Assembly (NCBI GenBank): GCA_964291265.2
Contig: OZ219747.1
Span: 1,536,001-1,600,000, forward strand
Direction of reading: 5' to 3'
Source of the DNA: Alphaproteobacteria bacterium
GTDB taxonomy: Bacteria; Pseudomonadota; Alphaproteobacteria; SP197
DNA: 64,000 nucleotides
Shown here: one piece after another, positions 28,695 to 39,300 of the stretch
Position numbering within the stretch: position 1 is the first letter of the stretch
Layout: the number at the start of each line of letters is the position of its first letter
Notes under the pieces: model-generated
The model's database searches: none
What the model saw: the letters and a program-made list of their open reading frames with translations, nothing else
Told to the model about the DNA's origin: nothing
Program-made: the position numbers and the translations under genes

Positions 28695-29519
28695 GTAACT
28701 GCCCAGGTCTGATTTCGCCGAGTCCTGACGGGAGGTGGATTGATGGCTGCGGTCTGATGGCGCCGAGGAGGGATGTCAGAAGCGCAGTTTCGGGATCAGC
28801 TGTATGGGATCGGGGTGGGCCAGTGTTTCGAGGACATTCCAGCCCTGTTTTCGGGCGATGGAGATGACGGATCGCAGCTTGGCGAAGTCCCATGCGCCCT
28901 GCATGGATCGGAAGCCGCCCGAGATTTTCTGGCGCAGCTTGCTCATGCGGAAGTCTTGCTCGGCCTGGTTGTTGGAGAACGGGACTTGCGGGTTGGTGAG
29001 GAAGCGCAGGCAGCCGTCCTTATGTTTGTGAAGGCGGAGCGCGAGGTTGTGGCCGATGCGGCGTTTTCGTCGTCCGCGCTTTCCGGGCTGGAGCGGCGAC
29101 CTCTGTTCGTGGGAAGCGATGGCCTGCTCGAGGATCCTGTCCCAGGCTTGCGAGATGCGGGCGAGGAGTGAAGCGGGGATGTCGCGGTCGTTCTTGCGGG
29201 CGAAGCGGGCGGCTCTGTTGGCACGGATGAGGAGCCTGTGCATGGCGGTGGCCCAGTCTTCCTTCTCGATCTCGATCAGAGCCTGGAGTTCGCGCGAGCG
29301 ATGGGCGTTGCAGGCACCGTGGCGCACGCCTTCGAGAGTGAAGTAAGTGGCCAAGTCGTCATGGATGACGATGCCGTTGAGTGTCTCGTCGATGTGTTTG
29401 CGCCCGGTGGCGATGCGCAGGATGGTGAGCAAGGGGGTGCACAGCACATGGAGCCAGTGGGTCTGGCCGTTGATGCGGATACCGGTCTCGTCGAGGTGTT
29501 TGACCGGTGCTTGGGTGCG
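28695..29519 (-). mobile_element. IS66 right-end fragment (3' part of transposase), sister copy of the element at 61760
   Basis: End GTAACTGCCCAGGTCTGATT; near-identical to 61760-62585; translates HLDETG...HGACNAHRSREL...FSNNQAEQDFRMSKLRQKISGGFRS. Confidence 0.9.
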
Positions 29520-29740
29520 GTGTGCCAGGTGAACTGGCGGAAGGTAGGGGGTGAAAGTCCCCTGGAACGAAGGAGTAACCAAACCACGTTTCTCCGCGAG
29601 CCGTGCGTCGGTTCCCGCGAGGGGGCAGGCGAAGCGTCGGTAGCGGTGCGGATGGGCGGGGCTAATGAGCACCGAAAAAGCAGTCATCCGGGGTGCCGAG
29701 GCTTTCGTACCGGTCGAAGGCAACATCGCAGGCATCGGCA
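29520..29740 (+). ncRNA. Group II intron 5' remnant (domain I), antisense to the IS66 transposase
   Basis: Starts GTGTG (GUGYG consensus) where identity with the sister IS66 ends; contains GGGTGAAAGTCCC, GAGCCGTGCG, CCCGCGAGGG, GGCGAAGCGT, GGGTGCCGA and GAAGGCAACA, which resemble bacterial group II intron domain I motifs. No RT or domain V seen. Confidence 0.7.
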
Positions 29741-30224
29741 CCCTTGCCATGAACGGCATCAACGTTCGGCGCTGGCTTCATGAGTGGCTTGATGCCTGCG
29801 CGCAGAACGGCGGCAAGCCGCCGGATGACCTCGACCCGTGGCTGCCATGGTCGATGAGCCCGGAGCGCCGACGGGACCTCACGGAACCGGGGTGATCGAG
29901 TGCCGTTACGACGGCCGTGACTTCACCGCGCACGAGATGGCGCTGTTGCGCTCCCTGATCACCCAGCACCCCACCCGTGCGGCCATCGCCCGCGCCTTCT
30001 GCCGCGAGACCGGCTGATACAAGCCCGACGGCGGCCTCAAGAACATGATGGCGAGTGTCACCTTCCTGGCCATGCACCGCGACGGCCTCATCACCCTGCC
30101 GCCACCCAAACACCCGCCGGTCCGGCCCAAGCCCATCGTCTTCGGACCCGACAGCGAACCGCCTCTCAAACGCATCCTCAACCGGTGAATATCACCAACA
30201 ATCACAGCGTGACCGAACGCTTAC
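29740..30224 (+). mobile_element. Right-end remnant of a third IS66 type: TnpC C-terminus, DUF4338 pseudogene and terminal IR
   Basis: TLAMNGINVRRWLHEWLDAC...WLPW* (stop 29895); GTGA-coupled IECRYDGRDFT...AFCRETG*YKPDGGLK...LAMHRDGLITLPPP; ends GACCGAACGCTTAC at 30224 (reverse complement GTAAGCGTTCGGTC). Confidence 0.75.
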
Positions 30225-30230
30225 GGCGCA

Positions 30231-32543
30231 TCAGCCGACGAAGTCGAAATCGGCCTCGGTCAGTTGCGACGCCTGGACCCCCTCCAGGGTGACAGTACCC
30301 GACCACCAAGTGATGACGGCACCGCTGTCGGTCTGCCGGATATCGAGGTCGTCGAAGCCGAGTTCCGAGTCGACCGAATAGAAGGCGATGCGGTCACTCA
30401 CGAGCCTCCCGTTCTCGAAGTCGAGGATCGTGTCGTCGCCACCATACGTGAATCCGAACCGGTCGCTGAAGCCCGCACGGCCCCGGAGCGTGTCATCACC
30501 CATGCTGTCGTCGAGTATCAAGTGGGGTTCGTTTAATTCGACCGGAACGTGGGCAAAGACATCGGCCTTGCTCAGTTGCCACGCCTGAATCCCCTCCAGG
30601 GTGATGGTCCCCAGGGACCAGGTGATGACGGTGTCACTGCCGGACTGCTGGATCTCGAGGTCGTCGAAGCGGTACTCCCCATCGACCGAGCCGAGGACGA
30701 TGTAGTCCGTCCCGTCCTCGAAGTCGAGGATCGTGTCGTCGCCACCATCCTTGAATCCCCACTTGCTGGCGTAGCCCTCCGTTCCGAAAACGAAATAGTC
30801 GTTGCCCTCCCCGCCCCGGAGCGTGTCATTGCCCAGACCACCCGAGAGCCAATCCCAGCCTTTGCCACCTTCCAGCAGGTCGTCGCCGTCACGACCTCTC
30901 AGCGTGTCGTTGCCATCGCCGCCCCAGAGCTCATCGTCACCCGAGTTGCCGCGGAGGAGGTCTCTCCCCGCGCCGCCATAGATCTTGTCATCGCCTTTTC
31001 GACCGTAGAGCTTGTCGTCACCCGAGTTGCCGTAGATCGTGTCGTCGCACGCGGTGCCAAAGAGCGATTCGGCGCCCGCGCCGCCATGAATGGTCTCACC
31101 GCAGTCCTCGACGTCGAGCGGTTCATCGCCCGAAGTGCCCGGGATCGTGTCTTCGTCGTTGTTGGCATTCGGGTCGCCGCCGTCGTTGTCGTTGTCGAGG
31201 GGGTTGCCGCCGTCATTGTCGTCGTCGCTCGTACTGGCGCCGTACACGACCGTTTCACCGCCGCCACCGCCGGCCGGCAGGATGAAGTCGTCCGCGTCCA
31301 AGCCGCCCACCGACACACCCGACAGTCTGATCGTGTCGCCGCTGTCGCCATAACCGATGACGGCATCGCCGTCGTCCTGCTCGATGATCAGCGCCTCAAA
31401 CCCGCCGGATACGCCATCCAGGCGAATCCTGTCGCCACCCCCGAAGTCGGTAATGGTGTCGGCCCCGTCTCCCGCCGCGAACACGAAAGTGTCGCTGCCC
31501 TTGCCGCCAGCCAGCGTGTCGTCGCCGGCCCCGCCGGTCAGCGTGTCGGCGCCCCTGGCGCCACGCAGGGTGTCGTCGCCAGCTCCGCCCATCAGCGTGT
31601 CATTGCCCTTGCCGCCCCCCAGGGTGTCGTCGCCAGCCCCGCCGGTCAGCGTGTCGGCGCCCAGGCCGCCATAGAGGAGGTCGTCGCCGGCCCCACCGGT
31701 CAGCGTGTCGGCGCCCCTGTAGCCACGCAGGGTGTCGTCGCCATCACCGCCGGTCAGCGTGTCGGCGCCCTTGCCGCCCTTCAGTACCTCGCCGCCAGCA
31801 GGCCCGCCGCTCGAGGCGTCGCCGGACGCGCCCTCCGGCGGTGCACCCTGTGCCAGGGCGTCCGGCGAGACAGCCTCCTCGCCGCCAGCCTCCGGCGGTG
31901 CGGTCCCGGCATCCGGAAACCGGAAGTCGTCCGCGCCCAGGGAGGACGCCGTCACGTTCTCCAGCGTGATCGTGTCGCCGTCACCGTAGCGGATGACGGT
32001 ATTGGAGCCCTGCTGCTCGATCACCAGATCCCCAAGGCCGCCGGACACGCCGGCAATCTCGATGATGTCGCCGGCCTCGAAACCGGTCATGGTGTCGGCC
32101 CCGTCCCCCACCGCGAAGGCGAAGACATCGGCCCCCAGGCCACCATAGAGGTAGTCGTTGCCTCGGCCGCCCGTCAGCCGGTCGTCGCCCTGACCGCCGA
32201 ACAGGCTGTCGATGCCGTCACCCCCCTCGAGCGTGTCGTCACCGTTGCCGCCATAGAGCGTGTCGTCCCCAGCGCCGCCGGTGAGAATGTCGGCGCCCGC
32301 GCCGCCGTCCAGCGTGTCGTCGCCCGCACCGCCGTCCAGCGTGTCATCGTCCGAACTGCCGGGGTTCATGTCGAGAAAGCTCGCGTCGGCGTCCGGGTTT
32401 GCGGTTCCGCCCGTCAGCGTGTCGTCCCCGGCCCCGCCGGTGAGGATGTCGTCTCCGAGGCCGCCGGTCAGCGTATCGTCGCCGATACCGCCCGTCAGCG
32501 TGTCATCGCCGGCGCCGCCGGTCCGGGATATATCCTGTGTCAT
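30231..32543 (-). CDS. RTX calcium-binding repeat protein (probable type I secretion substrate)
   Basis: Many GGxGxDxLx nonapeptides in three blocks; four modules of the form D-x-F-x-F...G-x-D-T-I-x-D-F...TLEG. Confidence 0.92.
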   Translation of the reverse strand: MTQDISRTGGAGDDTLTGGIGDDTLTGGLGDDILTGGAGDDTLTGGTANPDADASFLDMNPGSSDDDTLDGGAGDDTLDGGAGADILTGGAGDDTLYGGNGDDTLEGGDGIDSLFGGQGDDRLTGGRGNDYLYGGLGADVFAFAVGDGADTMTGFEAGDIIEIAGVSGGLGDLVIEQQGSNTVIRYGDGDTITLENVTASSLGADDFRFPDAGTAPPEAGGEEAVSPDALAQGAPPEGASGDASSGGPAGGEVLKGGKGADTLTGGDGDDTLRGYRGADTLTGGAGDDLLYGGLGADTLTGGAGDDTLGGGKGNDTLMGGAGDDTLRGARGADTLTGGAGDDTLAGGKGSDTFVFAAGDGADTITDFGGGDRIRLDGVSGGFEALIIEQDDGDAVIGYGDSGDTIRLSGVSVGGLDADDFILPAGGGGGETVVYGASTSDDDNDGGNPLDNDNDGGDPNANNDEDTIPGTSGDEPLDVEDCGETIHGGAGAESLFGTACDDTIYGNSGDDKLYGRKGDDKIYGGAGRDLLRGNSGDDELWGGDGNDTLRGRDGDDLLEGGKGWDWLSGGLGNDTLRGGEGNDYFVFGTEGYASKWGFKDGGDDTILDFEDGTDYIVLGSVDGEYRFDDLEIQQSGSDTVITWSLGTITLEGIQAWQLSKADVFAHVPVELNEPHLILDDSMGDDTLRGRAGFSDRFGFTYGGDDTILDFENGRLVSDRIAFYSVDSELGFDDLDIRQTDSGAVITWWSGTVTLEGVQASQLTEADFDFVG

Positions 32544-33140
32544 CGCGCCTCTCCCCCCTTGTGGTCGATCTGCCATGCGGCAGATGAACATGATTCAGTG
32601 CCGCAATCCTCTCACATGACCGCGGCCGAGGCAATGCTCCGACGGTCACAAGAGCGTGAGAAGTATGAGTATCCGGCCGGGCCATTGTCTGCTGCAACGG
32701 ATTGACCAACAATTCGCCCCATGGAGCGTCATCAACAGTCTCTGGATGCTGACGCGCCGCATGGGAGATTCCCGAACGTGGAATTGGCGGGTTGATGATG
32801 ACAGTGCGGGAATGCCTTGGCGGGCTTCTGCGGCGTACTTGCCGCGCCGGTGCGCTGCGAGATCGGCCGGGACTGCTGATTCTTCGTTTCCACGGATATC
32901 CAGTCCGAGCCTGCCTACCGCAGGACCATTCTGTTGTCGCGATCGGCGGTGGATAACCGGGTCAGAGGCCGTTCTTGAAGTGGGTGGCACCTTCTCGATG
33001 TCGGAACCGGCATATCGACAACGAAATCCTGTCCCGAATGGACCTCCAGATCTACCTACAACGCCCCTTCATCGGACGAAACCGGACAAAAGAAGAGCCC
33101 TGCTGCCTACCGGGATTACCGGTGCGGGCCTAAGCGGAAG

Positions 33141-33261
33141 GTAGGCGTTCGGTCACGCGGGGATTGGGGCGATGACCGCGCTGACCGCGATGCGAGTCCC
33201 GGAGCAAGGCTTGGTTGCCACTGTCATCCTCATCATCGTCAACCATTGACCGAGAGCTTCC
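33141..33261 (+). mobile_element. ~120-bp IS66-derived MITE, copy A
   Basis: GTAGGCGTTCGGTCA...TGACCGAGAGCTTCC imperfect TIRs; alignable along its length to the reverse complement of 48400-48523. Confidence 0.65.
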
Positions 33262-33790
33262 GGCGCGCTGATGCTGACAACAGTTGCGCGGGCGGACTCT
33301 CCCACCGATGGCTCCGGGCCGGCCTTCTGCCACGGCGCGCAGGCAGTGGTCGCGTAACCTGACGGCCTGTTGTCCGCCTGCCCGGACCGGCCGGTTGCCG
33401 CGGCGCAATCCGCCGACCCCCGACCAGGTGCCGCCGGCACCGCCCGGGCGTTATCTTGAGGCAGGACAGCGAGCGCAGGAGAAACATAAGCGCTGCCGAC
33501 CTCCAGCCCAGCTGGAGCGGCCTGAAGGCGCTGGCCACCAAAACAGGCTTCGCTGAGTCGGCCCCGCAGGCCGCGAAGCCTGCCCGAGGAGTGACGCACG
33601 GCGCCGACAGCAGATCGACATCGGCACAATTCCGCCATGCCGTCCACGCGGTTAATCCGGCCCGGGGCCGTGCGGCAACCGATGACGACATTCCGACGCA
33701 CTGCTACAGTCTCTGTGGAAATCGCGGTTGGCTCCACGGGGCGCTCGACGCGGACTCGATGCCGGGGGACGGGGTATTCGGGGGCTTGCG

Positions 33791-36219
33791 CTGCCCTTTA
33801 GTCATAAATCGTGCTGGACAAGATGATTCGGATGGTGCACCCTGCCCTGCATGGAAGCACACATTCCGATCAAACGCGTCCTTGAGGACCAGCTCGATCG
33901 CCTGCAGTCGATCGTCACCGAGAGCGGCGATAGTAGTCAAAACCGCCTGGCGCTGGAAGTGTGCCGGCACTTCGGCCTGCGGGACGCACGGGGACGCGAG
34001 CGGGTATCAAGCTGTGTCGTGGCCCTGAAGCAGCTGGCATCGCAGGGCAGGATCGAGGGCTTGCCGGAGCCCTCCGGTCAGCGGCGTCGGGCACCGCCCC
34101 GCCGACTCGGCGAGGCGGTGGAGAAGCCGCGTGATGTGCCGGCGAGCGTGGCGGCGATCCAGGGTCTGCGGATCCTGCTGGTGCGCACGGATGCCGAACG
34201 GGCGTACTGGAACGAACTGATGGCGCGGGAGCACTTTCTCGGCGCTCCCATTCTGGCCGGTCATCAGCTGCGCTATCTGGTGGATTCCGCTCACGGCTGT
34301 CTCGGCGGTTTCGGCTTTGCCGCAGCGGCGCTGAAGGTGGCGGATCGGGATGCCTGGATCGGCTGGGATGCCGACCGGCGTCGTGCGGAGCGACACCGGG
34401 TGCTGTCGATGAGCCGGTTTCTGATCCGGGTGCCGGTTGCGAACCTTGCGTCGAAGACGCTGTCGATGTGCCTGTCTCGCCTGGGCGCCGATGTTGCGCA
34501 GCGCTACGGGTTCCTGCCATGGCTGGTCGAGACCTATGTCGACCCGACGCGCGACGGTGCGAGCCTGCGGGCGGCGAACTGGCAGCTCGTGGGGTTCACC
34601 CGGGGCCGAGGCCGTCAGGACCGCGCGCGCGAGATGGCCGAGAGCGTCAAGGCCGTGTACATGTACGTTCTGGACCGGGACTGGCGGCACAAGCTGGGGG
34701 TGGCGGAGCCGATGCCGGCCCTGTCCCCGGGGGAGGGTCTGGACGCCTCGGCGTGGGCGCACCACGAGTTCGGGGGAGCGCCGATCGGCGACCGGCGTCT
34801 GAGTGCGCGCCTGGTGGAGATTGCACGAAGACAAGGAGAGAGTCCGATGTCGTCCTACAGCGGTCTGGCGCGCCCGGATCCTGCCGGTGTCCGGGCCTAT
34901 TATCGGTTCCTGGATCAGCCGGAGACGTCGGCGGTGACCCCGGCGAACATCCTGGCGCCGCACCGTCAACGAACGGTGCAGCGGATGTGCGGCCAGCGGG
35001 TGGCGTTGTGCATTCAGGACGGGACGGACCTGAACTTCGCGACCCGTCCGGGCTGCGACGGTCTGGGCATCATCGGCACGAACCAGACGGCCTCGCAGAC
35101 CCTGGGCCTGCACCTGCACGCCAGCTACGTTGTCAGCGGCGAAGGCCTGCCGCTGGGGGTGGCGCGTCTTGCCTTCGACGCTCCTCCCCGCCCCCGGGCA
35201 AAGACCGGTTCGGGCGAGGATGTCGAGATGTCCCGGCGCAAGTCGCAGCGCTGGCTCGACGGTCTCGACGACATCGCGGACCTCGCGGCCCGGACGACCG
35301 GGGTGAAGGTCGTGTGCGTGATGGACCGGGAAGCGGACTTCTTCGAACTGTTCGACCGGTGCCGGCAGCATCGCCGTCTGTCGATGCTGGTGCGGGCTCG
35401 ACATGACCGGGTCCTCAAGCGCGGGGCTGCGAAGCTGTTCACCCGACTACGTACGTCTGCCTGCCGCGGCACCATGCAGATCGACATACCCCGCCTGACG
35501 GCCCGGCCGAAGTCCTCGGGGCGCAAGAAGCAGCCCGGCCGCACTGCCCGGCGGAACGCGGTGCTGGAGTTGCGCTGGTTGTCGACCACGCTGCCGGCGA
35601 CCGCTGGCTGCCCCGATGCCGCGCCCGTGGCCGTGACCGCGCTGCATCTCCTCGAGACGGCCCCGCCGGCCGGGGAAGCTCCGGTGGAATGGTTCCTGTT
35701 GACCGACCTTCCTGTGGACCACGCCGAAGCGGCCCAGGAGATCGTCGGCTGGTACGCGCTGCGCTGGCGGATCGAATGCTGGTTCCGGGTGCTGAAGTCC
35801 GGCTGCCGGGTGGAGCACCTGGCGACGCGCAAGGCCTGCCGCCTGGAACGGCAGATCACCATCCACGCCGTGATCGCCTGGCGTCTTGCCCTGATGACCC
35901 TGCTCGGGCGGGATGTGCCGACGATGAAGCCCGACTGCCTGTTCTCGGACCTGGAACTCCGCTTCCTCGGCGACTATGCCCGGCGATACCGGCTGGACCC
36001 GCCCGACACGCTGGGGGCGGCGGTGAAGCTGGTGGCGATCCTCGGCGGGTATCTGGACCGCAAGCATGATCCGGCGCCGGGCAACCAGACGATGTGGCAT
36101 GGCTATCCGCGACTGGCCACCGCTGCCCTGGCCTATGAATGCCTGCTCGAGGCCCTCGATCTGGATCCGACGTCGGAAGGACACGATCACGTCCTGCACG
36201 ATTTGTGACTAATAGGTAG
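33791..36219 (+). mobile_element. Complete IS4-family (IS50/Tn5-like) element, 2429 bp
   Basis: 29-bp TIRs with 5 mismatches (CTGCCCTTTAGTCATAAATCGTGCTGGAC vs reverse complement CTACCTATTAGTCACAAATCGTGCAGGAC); TSD GGCTTGCG at 33783-33790 and 36220-36227 (boundary ambiguous by 1 bp each side). Confidence 0.9.
33851..36208 (+). CDS. DUF4338 (DruA-like) domain fused to an IS4-family DDE transposase
   Basis: N-terminal EHFLG...QLRYL...RDAWIGW...SRFLI...NLAS...LVETYVDP...RAANW..VGFTRGRGRQD; then WAHHEFGGAPIGDRRLSARL, IQDGTDLNF, MDREADF and YALRWRIECWFRVLKSGC. Confidence 0.9.
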   Translation: MEAHIPIKRVLEDQLDRLQSIVTESGDSSQNRLALEVCRHFGLRDARGRERVSSCVVALKQLASQGRIEGLPEPSGQRRRAPPRRLGEAVEKPRDVPASVAAIQGLRILLVRTDAERAYWNELMAREHFLGAPILAGHQLRYLVDSAHGCLGGFGFAAAALKVADRDAWIGWDADRRRAERHRVLSMSRFLIRVPVANLASKTLSMCLSRLGADVAQRYGFLPWLVETYVDPTRDGASLRAANWQLVGFTRGRGRQDRAREMAESVKAVYMYVLDRDWRHKLGVAEPMPALSPGEGLDASAWAHHEFGGAPIGDRRLSARLVEIARRQGESPMSSYSGLARPDPAGVRAYYRFLDQPETSAVTPANILAPHRQRTVQRMCGQRVALCIQDGTDLNFATRPGCDGLGIIGTNQTASQTLGLHLHASYVVSGEGLPLGVARLAFDAPPRPRAKTGSGEDVEMSRRKSQRWLDGLDDIADLAARTTGVKVVCVMDREADFFELFDRCRQHRRLSMLVRARHDRVLKRGAAKLFTRLRTSACRGTMQIDIPRLTARPKSSGRKKQPGRTARRNAVLELRWLSTTLPATAGCPDAAPVAVTALHLLETAPPAGEAPVEWFLLTDLPVDHAEAAQEIVGWYALRWRIECWFRVLKSGCRVEHLATRKACRLERQITIHAVIAWRLALMTLLGRDVPTMKPDCLFSDLELRFLGDYARRYRLDPPDTLGAAVKLVAILGGYLDRKHDPAPGNQTMWHGYPRLATAALAYECLLEALDLDPTSEGHDHVLHDL

Positions 36220-36315
36220 GGCTTGCGCCGCCGTGACGGCGACCGGCTTGGAACAGAACCCGCTTACAGTATGCTTGCACCATACCGACCGTACTTTTGC
36301 GCACAGGCCGGAACC

Positions 36316-39300
36316 ATGCCACAAGAAACTGATACAAATACAAAAAACATCCGATCCGAAGGTAAGGTTCGTATCGGGATAGATGTGGGCGGGACCTTCA
36401 CGGACGTGGTGCTGGAAGGAGACGGTGTTCGCTATGCCGCCAAGACCCTGACGACGGCAGCGCCCGCCGAGGGATTCATGACCGGTCTCATGGAGGTGAT
36501 GGAGGCTGCCGGCGCCGTTGCCGGTGACGTGGGTCTCGTCCTTCACGGCACGACCCTGGCAACCAACGCCCTGATCGAGCGCAAGGGGGCCGTCACGGCA
36601 CTTTTCGTCACCGAGGGCCACCGGGATTCCCTGGAGATCGCCTACGAGAACCGTTTCGACCAGTATGACATTCTGGCCGACCGCTCCCGCCCCCTGGTGC
36701 CGAGGCGCCTCAGGCTCCCGGTGCCCGAGCGGATCAACGCCAGAGGTGAAGCGCTGGTGCCGCTCGACGAGGAGGCCGTCGCGTTCTGGATCGACCGCCT
36801 TGTCGAACTCGGTGTCGAGAGTGTCGCCGTCGGTCTGCTTCACGCCTATGCCAATGCGCAGCACGAACGGCGCATTGCCGACATGATCGCCGAGCGGTTG
36901 CCCCACCTGGCGGTCTCGATCTCCAGCGACGTCTGTCCCGAGATCAGGGAGTACGAACGCCAGACGACAACCGCGGCGAACGCCTACATCAAGCCTGTCA
37001 TGGCGGCCTACCTCGCCGATGTGGAACACGCCCTCGAGGAAGCGGGATTCACCTGTCCGTGTCTTCTCATGACCTCGGGCGGCAGCCTCGTCACCATCGC
37101 GACGGCGCGGGCGTACCCGGCAAGGCTGATCGAGTCGGGGCCTGCGGGAGGGGCGATACTGGCCGGTCACATTGCCCGGACCATGAGGGACGACAAGGTC
37201 GTCAGCTTCGACATGGGAGGCACCACGGCCAAGATCTGCCTGCTCGATCACGGTGAACCGCTTCTGGGCCGCCATTTCGAGGTCGACCGGGCCCATCGCT
37301 TCATGAAGGGAAGCGGCATACCGCTCAAGATTCCCGTCGTGGAGATGGTCGAGATCGGCGCCGGCGGAGGTTCCATCGCCTCCGTCGACCAACTGGGCAG
37401 GATTCAGGTGGGACCGCAGAGTGCCGGCGCCGAACCCGGACCGGCATGCTATGGCAAGGGCGGCGCCGATCCCGCGGTCACGGATGCCAACCTCGTCCTG
37501 GGGCGCCTCGACGCGGCGGACTTCGCCGGAGGCGCCTTCAATCTCGATCCGCGAGCCGCGGCTCAGGCGGTTCTGGGGGGCGTCGGCGAGCCGCTGTCGC
37601 AGACTGCCGTCGAGGCGGCGCTGGGCATCGTCGAGATCGTCGACGAGAACATGGCTGCGGCGGCCCGCGTGCATGCGATCGAGCGAGGCAAGGAGATCGA
37701 GGACCGCACCATGATCGCCTTCGGCGGCGCGGCGCCCGTTCATGCTCTGCGCGTCGCCGAGAAACTGGGCATTCGCAAGGTCGTCGTTCCGGTCAACGCC
37801 GGCGTCGGATCGGCTGTCGGACTGCTGCTTGCTCCGGTGGCCTACGAGGTGGTGCGCAGCCACTACCAGCGCCTTTCCCGTTTCGATGCCTCCACCCTCA
37901 ATGTGCTCTTCGACGCCATGAGCCGGGAGGCGCACGACGTGGTGTCCCGGGGCGCACCGGGGCAGGCGGTGAGAGAGCATCGCCACGCCTTTGCCCGCTA
38001 CATCGGGCAGGGTCACGAGATCCGAATCGATCTTCCGGACCGGGCGCTCGCCGACGGGGACGCAGGTTGGATCGCCGATGCCTTCGAGGACGCCTATCGA
38101 CAGCAGTTCGGCAGAACGGTTCCGGGTCTCGAGGTCGAGGTGCTGACCTGGTCGCTGACGGCCGTGGCCCGCGTGGACCGTTCTCCCGCCGGCCGGATGG
38201 CGTCGGCGGGGATCACCGGGGCCGGCGTGAGGTCGTTCCGTGGAATCGTCTTCCCTGGGGACGACGAGGCGAGCAGGACCGCTGTTTTGCCGCGTCATGC
38301 GCTGGCGCCGGGAGAGGAGGTGACCGGTCCTGCAGCGATCGTCGAGAGCCAGACCACGACCATCGTGTCGTCCGGCTGGCGGGGTTCCCTCAAGGCAGGC
38401 GGACATCTCGTTTTCGAGCATGGCAGGGATGTCACCGCGCATCTGGTGGCGGGACTGCGGCATCAGGTGCTGTGGGACCGGCTCGTCGCCGCCGTCGAGG
38501 AGCAGGCGCAGGCGATCATCCGCACGGCCTTTTCGACGACCGTGCGCGAAGCAGGCGATCTGTCAGCAGGCATCTTCGATCTCCAGGGGCGCATGCTGGC
38601 CCAGGCGGTCACCGGGACGCCCGGCCACGTCAACGCCATGCCGGCGGCGGTCGGCTTCTTTCTCGAAAAGTACCCCCTCTCCTCCATGAAGGAGGGTGAC
38701 GTCTTCGTCACCAACGATCCCTGGCACGGTACCGGGCACCTCTTCGACTTCACGGTCGTGACCCCGTGTTTTCGCAACGGCGCCGCGGTAGGGCTCTTTG
38801 CTTCGACGGTTCATGTCGTCGACATCGGGGGGCCGGGTTTCGGTCCCGACTCGGGCCAGGTGTACGAGGAGGGCCTGTGCATTCCGATCATGCGCCTCTT
38901 CGATGGCGGCGAGGCCAACGAGAGCGTGTTCGAGATTATCCGGGCCAACGTGAGGGAACCGGTCCAGGTCGTCGGCGACCTCTATTCGCTCGCCACCAGC
39001 AATGATGTGGGCTGCCGGCGCCTGAGGGAGCTGATGGACGAGTTCACGATGAACGGTCTCGAGGAGATCGCCGATCACATCATCACCACGTCGAAGAACG
39101 CCATGCTGGAGATCATCGGCGCGCTTCCTCACGGAACCTGGACCCATGCGATGACGGTCGACGGCTACGACGACCCGGTCGATCTCAGGGCCTCCCTGAC
39201 GGTGTCGCGGGACGGCATCGATATCGATTTTGCCGGAACGTCTCCCATGTCGCCCTACGGTATCAACGTGCCGATCACCTATACCCAGGCCTACGCCACC

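Noticed and set aside
28776-29762. 328-aa ORF as an intact transposase
   Set aside because: Chimeric: its N-terminus is the antisense of the intron remnant and only the C-terminal part is IS66.
31480-31790. Regular 27-bp-period repeats resembling a CRISPR or tandem array
   Set aside because: These are coding RTX nonapeptide repeats with no unique spacers; no cas genes in the window.
30549-32705. 718-aa plus-strand ORF and other long antisense ORFs (e.g. 15202-17175, 36187-38463, 45124-46470)
   Set aside because: Antisense shadows of real high-GC genes; no motifs of their own.
33851-34700. Druantia anti-phage system
   Set aside because: Only a DUF4338 domain inside an IS; no druB-E or large helicase nearby.
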